IMG/VR virus record: IMGVR_UViG_3300005512_000073 | Location: 1-44,975 of that record | DNA: 44,975 bases | From: a virus | Taxonomy: Duplodnaviria; Caudoviricetes | Reading direction: 5' to 3' (one strand) | In this document: piece after piece, positions 17,254 to 26,474 of the stretch | Numbering within the stretch: the first letter of the stretch is position 1 | How the letters are laid out: every line of letters begins with the position of its first letter | Notes under the pieces: model-generated | What the model was told of the DNA's origin: nothing | The model's database searches: none | What the model saw: only the letters and a program-made list of their open reading frames with translations | Position numbers and translations under genes: made by a program

Positions 17254-17621
17254 GATATTTCCTCTACGATAATACTGTCAATATATACCTTTGTTTCAAC
17301 GTATTCCCAGCCATTATCTTCTAACGACTCACGCAAGTCAAAGTATTCGTCCTCATTATACTCTAATAAGGTGTCTGTGTCAACTTCACCTTTTAGAACT
17401 TCAATCTTTTCAAACTCTTCATCTCCTGTGTCCAAGATGGACCAATCATCAAAGTCTGGTGACTCAAAGTCCTCTCCAAACTTAAAGTCATCAGATACTT
17501 TGACCTCAACTGTACCCCACTTAACATTATATTCAAGTGAGATACGCACATCATCTTTTTCTAGGATAGCTGTTTCCCAAAATCGCCAACGGTTTCCAGC
17601 TGATACATTATATGTTTTCAT
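17250..17621 (-). CDS. Acidic hypothetical protein, likely distant paralog of the preceding ORF
   Basis: MK.Y, WG and E..GWE shared with 16672-17253. Confidence 0.65.
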   Translation of the reverse strand: MKTYNVSAGNRWRFWETAILEKDDVRISLEYNVKWGTVEVKVSDDFKFGEDFESPDFDDWSILDTGDEEFEKIEVLKGEVDTDTLLEYNEDEYFDLRESLEDNGWEYVETKVYIDSIIVEEIS

Positions 17622-17947
17622 GGGTGTAGCGTAGTGATTTTCTTATCAAGATATTCTGTTTTTGATTGTAGACTATTCAAACCTTCAGCAATATTTTCAA
17701 TCGTAGTATCATGATTTTCATCAATAGTATTTGACCGTGCTGCATGGGAAGCATGCATAGCTCCCAAACGAATATAGTCGTTAATTAACTTATCCACGCT
17801 ACCGTCAATATCAGTTACGTGGTTTTCTAAGTCTCGAATCCATTTATCTTGAAGTTCAACTTGTGTGGTCAGATCTTCGATATTGTCAATATTCTTATTG
17901 ATCTCTTGACCCATACCAAACAATACAAGTAGTGCAAATATTTCCAT
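17618..17947 (-). CDS. Membrane-anchored coiled-coil protein
   Basis: Hydrophobic N-terminus, heptad pattern. Confidence 0.6.
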   Translation of the reverse strand: MEIFALLVLFGMGQEINKNIDNIEDLTTQVELQDKWIRDLENHVTDIDGSVDKLINDYIRLGAMHASHAARSNTIDENHDTTIENIAEGLNSLQSKTEYLDKKITTLHP

Positions 17948-17963
17948 TTTGTTTCCTTAATTT

Positions 17964-18040
17964 TGGCGACCCCTGAAGGATTTGAACCCTCGACCTAGTG
18001 CTTAGAAGGCACTTGCTCTATCCAGCTGAGCTAAGGAGTC
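17964..18040 (-). tRNA. tRNA-Arg(TCT)
   Basis: Full cloverleaf: AGTGC-CTTCTAA-GCACT anticodon arm, GGTTCAAATCC T arm, encoded CCA. Confidence 0.97.
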
Positions 18041-18046
18041 ATTAAC

Positions 18047-18232
18047 TTATATAGATGGACTTCTAAACACACATATCGCCTGTGTGTCAGGTGGGAACCA
18101 TCCATTCTCACCACCACGCTCTATAGACAAGATTTCTCTTGCTTTAAAACACTTAAACATATCATCATATGAACTCATTTGCTTCGTCGTTAGTTCACCA
18201 TTGATAAACACTAGATACACTAGAGTCCACAT
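18047..18232 (-). CDS. Small hypothetical protein
   Basis: SD AGGAG; MW.LV...C...R...C pattern. Confidence 0.65.
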   Translation of the reverse strand: MWTLVYLVFINGELTTKQMSSYDDMFKCFKAREILSIERGGENGWFPPDTQAICVFRSPSI

Positions 18233-18241
18233 AACTTTCTC

Positions 18242-18712
18242 CTAACGAATAAACTCAACCACGTAACGCTTATCGTTTAGATAAAAGCGGATCGTTGAAT
18301 GGCTGTAACGTTCTTCACGTTGATCAACATAAACCACAACATCTTCGCAACGATCTTGATTTTGATAACCAACAACTCGACGTTCTGTTTTAGTTTGACC
18401 GCCTTTGTCTGCGCCGATCAGTCCACCAATCACTGCACCCGCAGCTGCGCCATCATCTTTACCTGTAACACCTTTACCAAGGATACCACCGATAATCATA
18501 CCTGCTAGTGCACCTTCTGCTGCGTTACCTTTTCGCTGCACATCTTCATAGATTGGCACTTGCACACGACTGCATCGTGTTTCTGTGGTTGGGATTTGAG
18601 TTACGACTGTGGTGGTGTGATCATAAACTTTAATACGATCAACGGTGTCAGCAACAACTGCCGTTGCAGTTGCCGTTGCAACCATCACCGATAATGCAAT
18701 AGTCTTTAACAT
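18242..18712 (-). CDS. Secreted glycine-zipper protein
   Basis: Signal peptide from MLKTIALS; GALAGMIIGG..G...GAAAGAVIGG. Confidence 0.75.
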   Translation of the reverse strand: MLKTIALSVMVATATATAVVADTVDRIKVYDHTTTVVTQIPTTETRCSRVQVPIYEDVQRKGNAAEGALAGMIIGGILGKGVTGKDDGAAAGAVIGGLIGADKGGQTKTERRVVGYQNQDRCEDVVVYVDQREERYSHSTIRFYLNDKRYVVEFIR

Positions 18713-18817
18713 CTGGTTGTTCCTCTTCGCACCCATTCCAATATTCATATGGGTCTTTGTTTTCATTATTAAAAGTTGCCCATTCAAGGGCAACATCATA
18801 CGCATAATCAACGTTCA

Positions 18818-18970
18818 TTAATACTCACCGTATTTAGTGATCTCAGATGTTTCGAGAAAGTTCATAAAACGTTTGTGTTGTTTATTTGATTCCCAAATCG
18901 CACCCATCATGAATACACAATAGCCTAAGCACACTGTTGAGAATAAGATAAAGATTTCACTTGCAATCAT
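18818..18970 (-). CDS. Small membrane protein (50 aa)
   Basis: MIASEIFILF...GEY, ATGA-coupled. Confidence 0.5.
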   Translation of the reverse strand: MIASEIFILFSTVCLGYCVFMMGAIWESNKQHKRFMNFLETSEITKYGEY

Positions 18971-19200
18971 AGTTTCACTCCAATAGAGGTTAGCATTTTG
19001 TTACCCAAGTTTGGATCAATGTCACTATTCTTTTCTGCCATTTCTTGGATAACCATTTCTTGTAATGTCATCACCATGTTAAACTTCTTAGCAGACAACG
19101 TATCCATAAACTCTAGAAACTTTTCTCTAGTGTCTAGTTCCCACATAATATCAAGCATAGTGCATTGCTCTTTAGTTAAACCTGTTAGATGAACTCTCAT
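18967..19200 (-). CDS. Hypothetical protein
   Basis: SD GGAAGG; LT..Q..MLD.MW motif. Confidence 0.65.
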   Translation of the reverse strand: MRVHLTGLTKEQCTMLDIMWELDTREKFLEFMDTLSAKKFNMVMTLQEMVIQEMAEKNSDIDPNLGNKMLTSIGVKL

Positions 19201-19225
19201 TAAATACCCTTCCTTTTGATAGTAT

Positions 19226-19480
19226 TTATGTCAATCGAATAGCAACGAAACCTATCTGATTAGTCTCAGGTAAAGTCGTGCGACTTGTGCGCCACTTTTG
19301 ACCTTGTTGCTTTAGACGTTCAGGAACCGCAGGACGATAGTCTTCACGATTAGTATCTGACCGAGGCACAAAGAACCCTTCACCAACCTCTGTTGTGTAC
19401 CACGGATATTTAGAACGATGTGGTTCACAACCAATGTTTAGTTCTTCAATTTGACGTGCATTTAGTTTCACGATAGCCAT
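19226..19480 (-). CDS. Hypothetical protein (KYPW...VGE.FFVP family)
   Basis: SD AGGAG before MAIVK. Confidence 0.65.
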   Translation of the reverse strand: MAIVKLNARQIEELNIGCEPHRSKYPWYTTEVGEGFFVPRSDTNREDYRPAVPERLKQQGQKWRTSRTTLPETNQIGFVAIRLT

Positions 19481-19491
19481 AATATATACTC

Positions 19492-20076
19492 CTAAGTCAA
19501 AGCTTCGTAGATTTCTTTCCAAGTGCTAACAACATCAGCACCACCTGCATAATCAGCATTGTGACCATGCTTGATTAGGTATCCATCCAAACCTAGTTGG
19601 ATACCAAGATCAACGTTTTCAGGTTTATCTTCAACCCAAACGCAACCACTATCTTTGTAGGGAGCCAACGCTTCATCTTTGTCAGCCCCAGTGTCAAGAT
19701 AAACATACCGTTCAAACACGGTATCACCGAACAACTCCCGAAGGTTCTTGGTCCGTAAGTGTTGAGCATATTGGTCATCGCTCAAGCTAGTGATAGCGTG
19801 GAAAACAAAACCGTGTTCTTCGTGAAGCTTCTTGACATACTTGATTGCATCCCGAAGAGGGGCAAGCTTCCGTATCCAAGCACTCTCGTTGAACATCCGA
19901 ACAAGCCGCTTGCTCTCTGCTTTTTCAAGACCGTACTTAATGTGCATCTTGTATTCATCTTGAACAACAACTTCATAACCGTGACGTGCCATCCAGGCAT
20001 CGAAAGCGTATTCCCAATCAAGGAGAACACCGTCACAGTCAGTCAGAATAGTTTTGTTTTGTTTTACGTGAATCAT
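19492..20076 (-). CDS. HAD-family 5'(3')-deoxyribonucleotidase-like phosphatase
   Basis: DCDGVL, ITS, K and WVED motifs. Confidence 0.8.
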   Translation of the reverse strand: MIHVKQNKTILTDCDGVLLDWEYAFDAWMARHGYEVVVQDEYKMHIKYGLEKAESKRLVRMFNESAWIRKLAPLRDAIKYVKKLHEEHGFVFHAITSLSDDQYAQHLRTKNLRELFGDTVFERYVYLDTGADKDEALAPYKDSGCVWVEDKPENVDLGIQLGLDGYLIKHGHNADYAGGADVVSTWKEIYEALT

Positions 20077-20126
20077 TTATCTTCTTTCTTATTACAGAAT
20101 CACTATAGCGTATTCTAGAGTGATTG

Positions 20127-20582
20127 TCAAGCCGCTTCTAACATTTCTTCTGCATAGCAAACATAAGGACGATCCCACTTGCCAACATTGATGTCAATAT
20201 AAAAGTCGTGATCAAAGTAGTCAATCATTGCGTCACTGTTGTTGTAATAACCAGTTGAATAGATCGCTTCGACTAGTTCTTTGTAGAAGTCTGCGATAAC
20301 TGTTTCACCGATTTCACGCATATGATCTTCTGCCCAAGTGTGGTGAACTTGAAGGTAAGTGCCAACAGTGCGAGAATCTTGTCCACGACGATCTGCAAGA
20401 TCATCATTGAACCGTTGTGCAGCACCTAAAAAGTCTAGTGGACCTTTGAAGATGTTTACAACAAGAGTTGAGTGATGATTAACACCAACAGTAATGTCAC
20501 GACCACCGAAGCCGTATTTCTTGGCAACTGCTTTGATAGCAACTGCGATTTGCTTTTTACGTTCTTGAGACATGTAAGCCAT
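20127..20582 (-). CDS. Early hypothetical protein
   Basis: SD.M.DYF...FY..I..G.W..PY motif; own promoter. Confidence 0.75.
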   Translation of the reverse strand: MAYMSQERKKQIAVAIKAVAKKYGFGGRDITVGVNHHSTLVVNIFKGPLDFLGAAQRFNDDLADRRGQDSRTVGTYLQVHHTWAEDHMREIGETVIADFYKELVEAIYSTGYYNNSDAMIDYFDHDFYIDINVGKWDRPYVCYAEEMLEAA

Positions 20583-20645
20583 TTGGCACCTCTTTTCTTA
20601 TTACAGAATCACTATAGCATTTATTTGATTTGAAGTCAAGACCCT

Positions 20646-20837
20646 TTAACAAAAAACTTGAACATCATCTTCGCCAGTGCCACGTTTGAACATACCGATC
20701 TTTACGTTCTCTTGACCAAACTCAGCTACGGCAGCGTCATATGTCATAGATGTTGACTTCCAACGCTTCTCAGCAACAACACCGTTACCAATGTAGATGC
20801 CTGTGTTCCAATCGGGTTTTACTTGGGGTATTTTCAT
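20646..20837 (-). CDS. Early hypothetical protein
   Basis: Promoter and SD AGGAG. Confidence 0.7.
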   Translation of the reverse strand: MKIPQVKPDWNTGIYIGNGVVAEKRWKSTSMTYDAAVAEFGQENVKIGMFKRGTGEDDVQVFC

Positions 20838-20871
20838 AACATTTCTCCTTCTTACAGAATCACTTTACAAT

Positions 20872-20896
20872 AAAAAAGAGGGTTTGTCAACCCTCT
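20872..20896 (-). terminator. Terminator whose hairpin contains the next -35 box
   Basis: AGAGGGTT-GACA-AACCCTCT-TTTTT. Confidence 0.8.
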
Positions 20897-21072
20897 CAGT
20901 GAACATAATCTGCAACTAACTCGTAAACCAGATCAAGATTTTCGTTGATCATATCTAACTGTTCTTCTGTGGCAGGTTCACCGTCCACCTCACAGTCTTC
21001 AACATAAGCATCGCAAAATTTTGGATAATCATTCCAATCCAAACCACCGATTTCAACATTAGTAATATTCAT
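20896..21072 (-). CDS. Hypothetical protein (D..DYP.FCDAY family)
   Basis: Recurrent phage motif; SD AGGAG. Confidence 0.7.
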   Translation of the reverse strand: MNITNVEIGGLDWNDYPKFCDAYVEDCEVDGEPATEEQLDMINENLDLVYELVADYVH

Positions 21073-21260
21073 ACGTCTACTCCTTCTACTATATCTGCTG
21101 CTTTGTCGAACCACTCATTATAGGTCTCACCATCCAAATAGATTGACCATTTCATATACATTTCAGAGTCAACAAAGTTCCAGTTAATCGTACCATCTTT
21201 GTTAGTATTGTCTTGGTCTGTTGCGAACCAAATAAGATCATTATAAAACTTGTGAAACAT
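21069..21260 (-). CDS. Hypothetical protein (INWNFVD.D family)
   Basis: SD AGGAG. Confidence 0.7.
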   Translation of the reverse strand: MFHKFYNDLIWFATDQDNTNKDGTINWNFVDSEMYMKWSIYLDGETYNEWFDKAADIVEGVDV

Positions 21261-21271
21261 AGCCAACTCCT

Positions 21272-21415
21272 TTATGCATTGGGAACCTGTAGTTCAGCGT
21301 AAGTTACTTTCGACTCTTTACGGATTACGTGGAAAAACTTTTTCGCTGACTCATAAGTTTTGAAGCTTTTCTCTAAACCGTACTTTCCGTATATTTTGTA
21401 GTAAACTGAATACAT
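21272..21415 (-). CDS. Small early protein (47 aa)
   Basis: MYSVYYKIYG...VPNA after promoter and GAGGAG. Confidence 0.6.
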   Translation of the reverse strand: MYSVYYKIYGKYGLEKSFKTYESAKKFFHVIRKESKVTYAELQVPNA

Positions 21416-21464
21416 AACTTATCTCCTCATTACAGAATCACTATAACATTTGTTTAACTTGAAG

Positions 21465-21683
21465 TCAAGAGCATTTTTCCATTTTTATCAAAGAAGATTC
21501 TTCAGCTTCAATCATTTCAAGTTCTTCTTCTGTGATAGCATATTGAAAATGATCTACTACCCATTGAACTCGCTCTTGAATAATCTCAGACACATATTCA
21601 TCTGCATCATATACATTGTCGAAATATTTAACTTCAGGATTAGGCTCCCAGTTAGTGCCGAGTGCGGAAGTAACTTTATACAT
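21465..21683 (-). CDS. Hypothetical protein
   Basis: SD AGGAG before MYKVT. Confidence 0.65.
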   Translation of the reverse strand: MYKVTSALGTNWEPNPEVKYFDNVYDADEYVSEIIQERVQWVVDHFQYAITEEELEMIEAEESSLIKMEKCS

Positions 21684-21694
21684 ACCAACTCCTT

Positions 21695-22021
21695 TTAAAG
21701 ATATCCTGGACCCATCCAAGAAATGTTGTATCCACCATCCAAAATGTTGCCACGTGCTTTGTTACGTGTAGGACTTGCCCATGACGCAGCCTTTAGGATA
21801 TCACCTTTACGAAACTTTTTATCGTTGTCTGTGTTGACGATAAAACCCCAAACACCACCACCTTGAATGATCTTGATATACTTCTTACCGATAACATATG
21901 TCAGACCATCATTGAAACGCTGAATCATAGACTTACGAGTGTTATCGTCAGCAGTCCAACGTTTTAGTTGGGCATAGTCTGTTTTGATGTCGTTTAGTAG
22001 ATTATCAACTTGTAGTAACAT
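21695..22021 (-). CDS. Conserved phage early protein (GDILK.ASW..P...RGNI)
   Basis: Widespread phage motif; own promoter. Confidence 0.75.
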   Translation of the reverse strand: MLLQVDNLLNDIKTDYAQLKRWTADDNTRKSMIQRFNDGLTYVIGKKYIKIIQGGGVWGFIVNTDNDKKFRKGDILKAASWASPTRNKARGNILDGGYNISWMGPGYL

Positions 22022-22072
22022 AACGAATCTCCTCTCATTACAGAATCAATGTAACACCTTTTTGTTTTAAAG

Positions 22073-22312
22073 TCAAACAAAAAGTGGACGCATTTCTGAA
22101 AAAACTTTGTTATATGCATTCACCTCAGCTTCATAGCAATCGTAAAAATCACTATCACTTTCAAAGCGAGGAGAACCACTTGCGTGTTCTTCCCATACCC
22201 GATCCATTGCTTGCATACCTTCTAACAAGTCACCACGTCCGTAGGTGGTCATAACTTGCACAGCATCTTGCATGGTAGTTTCAAACTGATTAAAAGCTGG
22301 AATGCGAAACAT
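22073..22312 (-). CDS. Early hypothetical protein
   Basis: Promoter and SD AGGAG. Confidence 0.7.
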   Translation of the reverse strand: MFRIPAFNQFETTMQDAVQVMTTYGRGDLLEGMQAMDRVWEEHASGSPRFESDSDFYDCYEAEVNAYNKVFSEMRPLFV

Positions 22313-22348
22313 AGTGATCTCCTTCTGATTACAGAATCACATTACAAT

Positions 22349-22375
22349 AAAAAAAGAGGGCTGTCAACCCTCTTT
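22349..22375 (-). terminator. Terminator with -35 box in the loop
   Basis: AAAGAGGG-TTGACAG-CCCTCTTT-TTTT. Confidence 0.8.
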
Positions 22376-22658
22376 CTCATCTTCAACCCAAAATCTTACA
22401 GTAACAATATTATCTTCACGCTTTGCTATATGGTATTCACATTCTTTTTTCTTGACCAACTTACGTAAAGCTTTTTGCAGTTGTTCCTCAGTCATTTTTT
22501 CACTGCCTCAACCATTATCAAAGCGTATCCAAGAGTCTTGATGTCGATCTCTTGAACTCCCTTCCAATCCTTTTCCATTATCCGTCTTGCGCATTCTACT
22601 ACTGTCATTACAATATATCCATCCATCTAGGTTTTCCAAATCAATAGCATCATATGGA

Positions 22659-23096
22659 TCATCCATAGGCTTGTCTTGCATCGAATAGTTCCTTCAGTGT
22701 TTTCTCTTTAGCGTGGGCTTCTATCTCCCAAGGACGCTCATCATAGGGCATATCCCAATCATAAACACCCTTGTCAAACTTAACTTCATGTACCCACTTG
22801 TACACCATACGCTTACTGACATACTGCCACACGTGAACCATCTCGTGCAATATAGTTTCAACCATTTGTTCTAGGGGAAGAGATACATCGATGCGGATCG
22901 TAAACTCACGATCACCTTCATCCATACAGTCGCCATACACTCCTTGTTTTTCTGCCAACTTACGTATCGGTCTAATATTTATGTAAACTGGCTTTTTGAT
23001 ACGAGGCATTAAAGCTTCAGCGGCACAAAACACAGCAGCGTCTATCGCTTGCTTACGTTTTTTAGAACATTTTGATTCGTACTCAATAACTATCAT
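22659..23096 (-). CDS. Zincin metallopeptidase-like protein, probably leaderless
   Basis: HEMVH..Q and PWEIEA motifs; TTGACA-17-TATCAT ends 7 nt before the ATG. Confidence 0.8.
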   Translation of the reverse strand: MIVIEYESKCSKKRKQAIDAAVFCAAEALMPRIKKPVYINIRPIRKLAEKQGVYGDCMDEGDREFTIRIDVSLPLEQMVETILHEMVHVWQYVSKRMVYKWVHEVKFDKGVYDWDMPYDERPWEIEAHAKEKTLKELFDARQAYG

Positions 23097-23127
23097 ACTT
23101 AGATGATAATCGGATCTGGGCCTTTTG

Positions 23128-23760
23128 TCAAGAGTTTTTTCCTACAAATACTTCTACGTTATTAGGTAGTTTGATCTTAGAGTCGTTATGCTTATGATGT
23201 AATATGAACTGCGTATCTTTGAACTCATTAAAGATGCCTGTCCAAATGGGTCTCCAGCGATCATTCAAGCGAACATTATTTGTGGCACCTCTATCAGAGT
23301 TCAACACAAAGTCGGTGTAGCTTCTTAAGTTCATGTCAAATATGGAGTCAAATCCATACATGTGAAGTTCTGTCGCTTTTAGTCTATTGGCTGTATAGTG
23401 TACTGCCATATGACCACAGTTAAAGTTTGTGTACATGTTACCTACTGTCTCGTTAGGAAACAGCTTTGTGTATGGCGGGATTTCGGTATAGAACTCTTTG
23501 ATCTTATGACCAAATCTCATCTTAAAGTTTCCACGGTTTTGATCATACCATAGCTTTGGTCTAAATCCCAAAACCCAATCACCATCAATCTGCACTGATC
23601 CCTCTGTCAATGCAGCAGACATTTTAAAGTCTACAATGCAAGACGCATATAGATTTTGAATAGGGAAAGGTGCCTGATTACACGCAATCTTAAATCCCTT
23701 TGCAGGTTTGTATAGATTTGCATTGTCACCGTTACCAATAACATGTGCTACTCTTGTCAT
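23128..23760 (-). CDS. Sialyltransferase/Maf-like GT-A fold protein
   Basis: VIGNG, ACN, NCG..A and GFD motifs. Confidence 0.55.
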   Translation of the reverse strand: MTRVAHVIGNGDNANLYKPAKGFKIACNQAPFPIQNLYASCIVDFKMSAALTEGSVQIDGDWVLGFRPKLWYDQNRGNFKMRFGHKIKEFYTEIPPYTKLFPNETVGNMYTNFNCGHMAVHYTANRLKATELHMYGFDSIFDMNLRSYTDFVLNSDRGATNNVRLNDRWRPIWTGIFNEFKDTQFILHHKHNDSKIKLPNNVEVFVGKNS

Positions 23761-24449
23761 GTTCGCCAATAATCCTTAATCCATTCCTGAGGCTCATAGG
23801 TTGCCATAGGAGTCTTAATAGTTTCTGTGAATGCTTGTTCAATACTTGGTCTCCCATGAAAGACAACGATGGACGTTTCCTCTTTCAACTTGTTGGGATA
23901 CACATCATACTTATAAGACTTCAATGTATTAGGATATTTATGCTGTAACAATGTTCGATGATATGGGTTTGTGATAGACGATAGATACTCACCGTCACCA
24001 CGATAGGTATCGACAACACGATCATAACTCATCACGAATGTATTCCAAATATGTGAGTTAGGTTCGAAGTCCCATGCCATCACGCCTGTCTGTAGTTTGT
24101 TTTTAAGATGAGGTTGATGTTTATTGACAGCCCCTACATCTTCGATACCCATGAACCATGATCGATCTTCTAGTAGCCAATCAATGTTGCCTGTGATGAT
24201 TGTATCGAGGTCTAGGTACACAACTCGATCAGATATCTTATTGGCACCATCAAATAGTTGTAGCTTGTTCCACCAACCCTCATAGCCTGGTTTCAAAATA
24301 CGAGTTTCTACATTAGGGATCTTACGATCTGAATAGCAGACAAACTTATGCGGAACTGTGGTGTTACGTTCTACTGCTGCTTTTAAGTTATACACATAAT
24401 CTAAAGAGAACTTATTGCCCCAAAAGACACAAGTTACTGTCACCGTCAT
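23757..24449 (-). CDS. GT8-like glycosyltransferase
   Basis: WG.K...YV, WWNKL.LF, YLDLD, FHGRP. Confidence 0.8.
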   Translation of the reverse strand: MTVTVTCVFWGNKFSLDYVYNLKAAVERNTTVPHKFVCYSDRKIPNVETRILKPGYEGWWNKLQLFDGANKISDRVVYLDLDTIITGNIDWLLEDRSWFMGIEDVGAVNKHQPHLKNKLQTGVMAWDFEPNSHIWNTFVMSYDRVVDTYRGDGEYLSSITNPYHRTLLQHKYPNTLKSYKYDVYPNKLKEETSIVVFHGRPSIEQAFTETIKTPMATYEPQEWIKDYWRT

Positions 24450-25105
24450 TTTAAGATTTCCTCTATTACATAGTTTTCATTATACATGTGTTTTGCTTGA
24501 CATCCAGTTGGATTTTGGATAGTGCTAAATGTTTCTCTTACCTCTACAGGCCATGGATAATATTCTTCAAGAAACGGAAACCTTTCGATGTTAAGAAATA
24601 CATCGGTAGGGCCTGCGCTAAATCTAGCAGTTTCAATGATTACCTTCGCTGCATTTGGTTTCATCCTATATGCATGAGCACCTGGGAAGTATCTCTTCGA
24701 CACCAAACGATTTCTGCCAAGGTTTGGTGGGACATTAAAGTTTCCGTATGAAGGTTTTCCAAGTGAGATACACCCATTATAATCTATATTTGGAATAGAG
24801 TCAAGTATTACTGCATCATGTTCAAAGACTGTAATCTCTTCACCTGTATCTGCACAAAACTCCCATAAAGAATGATGTGACAAGAATGCAGCGATCATAT
24901 TATCTTCACGTGAATACTTGTTGTTTCGAAAACCTTGAACAGGGATTTTCTTTTCTTTGAGTGCGTCATACACATTGGTGTTTCGTGGCGTAGTAGCTTC
25001 ATAGAACTCTATTTCCATACCAACACGTGCACCAGACATGACGCACTTCTCAGCAGATTTTTCAGACTTATTATTGTCACGAATAGTAATAACGAAGTTT
25101 CTCAT
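24446..25105 (-). CDS. GT25-like glycosyltransferase
   Basis: FLSH..LW, FEHDA, GAHAY. Confidence 0.8.
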   Translation of the reverse strand: MRNFVITIRDNNKSEKSAEKCVMSGARVGMEIEFYEATTPRNTNVYDALKEKKIPVQGFRNNKYSREDNMIAAFLSHHSLWEFCADTGEEITVFEHDAVILDSIPNIDYNGCISLGKPSYGNFNVPPNLGRNRLVSKRYFPGAHAYRMKPNAAKVIIETARFSAGPTDVFLNIERFPFLEEYYPWPVEVRETFSTIQNPTGCQAKHMYNENYVIEEILK

Positions 25106-25107
25106 AA

Positions 25108-25944
25108 CTAACCTTGTGTTGTTGATTTAACCCCTTGGAGTTTTGTATAGAATGGATATGCTTGTTTTAGATATGGGAATAGTTGCTTACACATAATAGC
25201 ATCGTTCGGCCACATTCCAACTTCATTCACCTTATTCAATAACTCTTTGGCTGCTTTGGGTGTGATCACATACGCAGAGTTACCCGCAATACCTTGTGGC
25301 ACAGATTGATCGTTATCCACCCACGGAGCTTCAACTAGTCTATGATTATCATTTTTTGATAATGGTTTTGCGTCCAATACTTTTTGGAAATATACCTGAG
25401 ATTTTCTTGTAGCACCTCTTGGATCATTTAGACCAACAATACCGACATCACCCCATTGACTTTCACCAGTAACAGGGTCTTTCGCTGAAAGCTTTCTTGT
25501 TAGAACTGCATCGTGCTCGAATATAACAATAGGCGTATTCATTCTCACACAGGCCATCCAAAGAAACATGTGAGACAACATGCAACAAATAACTTTATTG
25601 ATATCGTTAGCGTTATATCCACTTAACGTCAACCCAGTCTTTATATCAATTCTTTTTTCACCTGGGATTGTTGGATATGACCAATCATTTTTTGTTTTAG
25701 CAAAATGATTTAAGGTTCTTAGCATATTTCTTGGTGTAATCGCTGGAAATATTACAGTATCCAAATCAGATTGTGTTTGTTCAATCGAAGTGAGTAACTT
25801 ACGTGCTGCTACCGTAGAAGTGTGATCTTGAATATCACTAATGATATAAGCAGGCATGCGTAGACTTGATTTTCTAACATTTGAAGTAACTGGTGACGCA
25901 TTACCCAAAGCTTCAACTGCGTTTAACATATCTTTTAAACTCAT
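25108..25944 (-). CDS. GT25-like glycosyltransferase
   Basis: C.LSH..LW..C, FEHDA, GNSAY.I.P.AA. Confidence 0.8.
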   Translation of the reverse strand: MSLKDMLNAVEALGNASPVTSNVRKSSLRMPAYIISDIQDHTSTVAARKLLTSIEQTQSDLDTVIFPAITPRNMLRTLNHFAKTKNDWSYPTIPGEKRIDIKTGLTLSGYNANDINKVICCMLSHMFLWMACVRMNTPIVIFEHDAVLTRKLSAKDPVTGESQWGDVGIVGLNDPRGATRKSQVYFQKVLDAKPLSKNDNHRLVEAPWVDNDQSVPQGIAGNSAYVITPKAAKELLNKVNEVGMWPNDAIMCKQLFPYLKQAYPFYTKLQGVKSTTQG

Positions 25945-25949
25945 TTCAA

Positions 25950-26474
25950 CTACTTTCTTTTGAGTTTATTGTCGTGCGGAAACTCTGTCATCAAATCTTC
26001 TGGTTTACCCAAAAACTTTAGAAGTTCTTTTGGACTGTCACCACCAACAATATCTATCTTTATATAATCGTTAGGTCTGTTTTCAAAGTATTTATACACA
26101 TCGTAACCGTGCTTATCCCACGCCTTGGATGCTTGATCTCTATCAGGAAATGGTGTTCCATAAAGTTTGGTTTTATTATCAACAGCCCATGATCCCATAT
26201 TCCAAGATCGTTTGCGTTCAAGATACGGTACGATAGAGTCTAACCATTCTTCTTTATTACGAGTTGTATGGATAAACTTAGAGTTTGGAAATCTTAGATC
26301 AAGTTCTTTGTAGTTATTGGTGACAGTGATGTCTGTGCCACCGTCATTATTGAATGCCCATAGGTCTTGTTCATATGGGTAGTGAATAACGTTATATCCG
26401 AGTTCACGTAAAAAGTTGTTAAGTGATGTTGTACCTGTACGAGACAAGCCAATACCAAATATCTTAGATTTCAT
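25950..26474 (-). CDS. Sulfotransferase-family protein
   Basis: PAPS loop GLSRTGTTSL; P.SKFI.T.R...W..S. Confidence 0.85.
   Translation of the reverse strand: MKSKIFGIGLSRTGTTSLNNFLRELGYNVIHYPYEQDLWAFNNDGGTDITVTNNYKELDLRFPNSKFIHTTRNKEEWLDSIVPYLERKRSWNMGSWAVDNKTKLYGTPFPDRDQASKAWDKHGYDVYKYFENRPNDYIKIDIVGGDSPKELLKFLGKPEDLMTEFPHDNKLKRK

Larger units (their letters stand above)
20092..22367 (-). repeat. Six copies of an early promoter cassette TTGAC(A/T)-17-TAnnnT-GATTCTGTAA
   Basis: Copies at 20092-20130, 20601-20639, 20852-20890, 21430-21468, 22038-22076 and 22329-22367, each with a 17-nt spacer and a purine-rich SD downstream. Confidence 0.92.

Noticed and set aside
18648-18818. 56-aa ORF with a Cys-rich tail as a RiPP or metallothionein
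   Set aside because: The Cys tail arises from overlap with the Ala/Thr/Val codons of the next gene's signal peptide.
20092-22367. CRISPR-like array
   Set aside because: The repeats are promoters separated by whole genes of variable length; no cas genes are present.
22491-22665. Small ORF(s) between early genes
   Set aside because: Several competing short frames exist and none can be chosen reliably.
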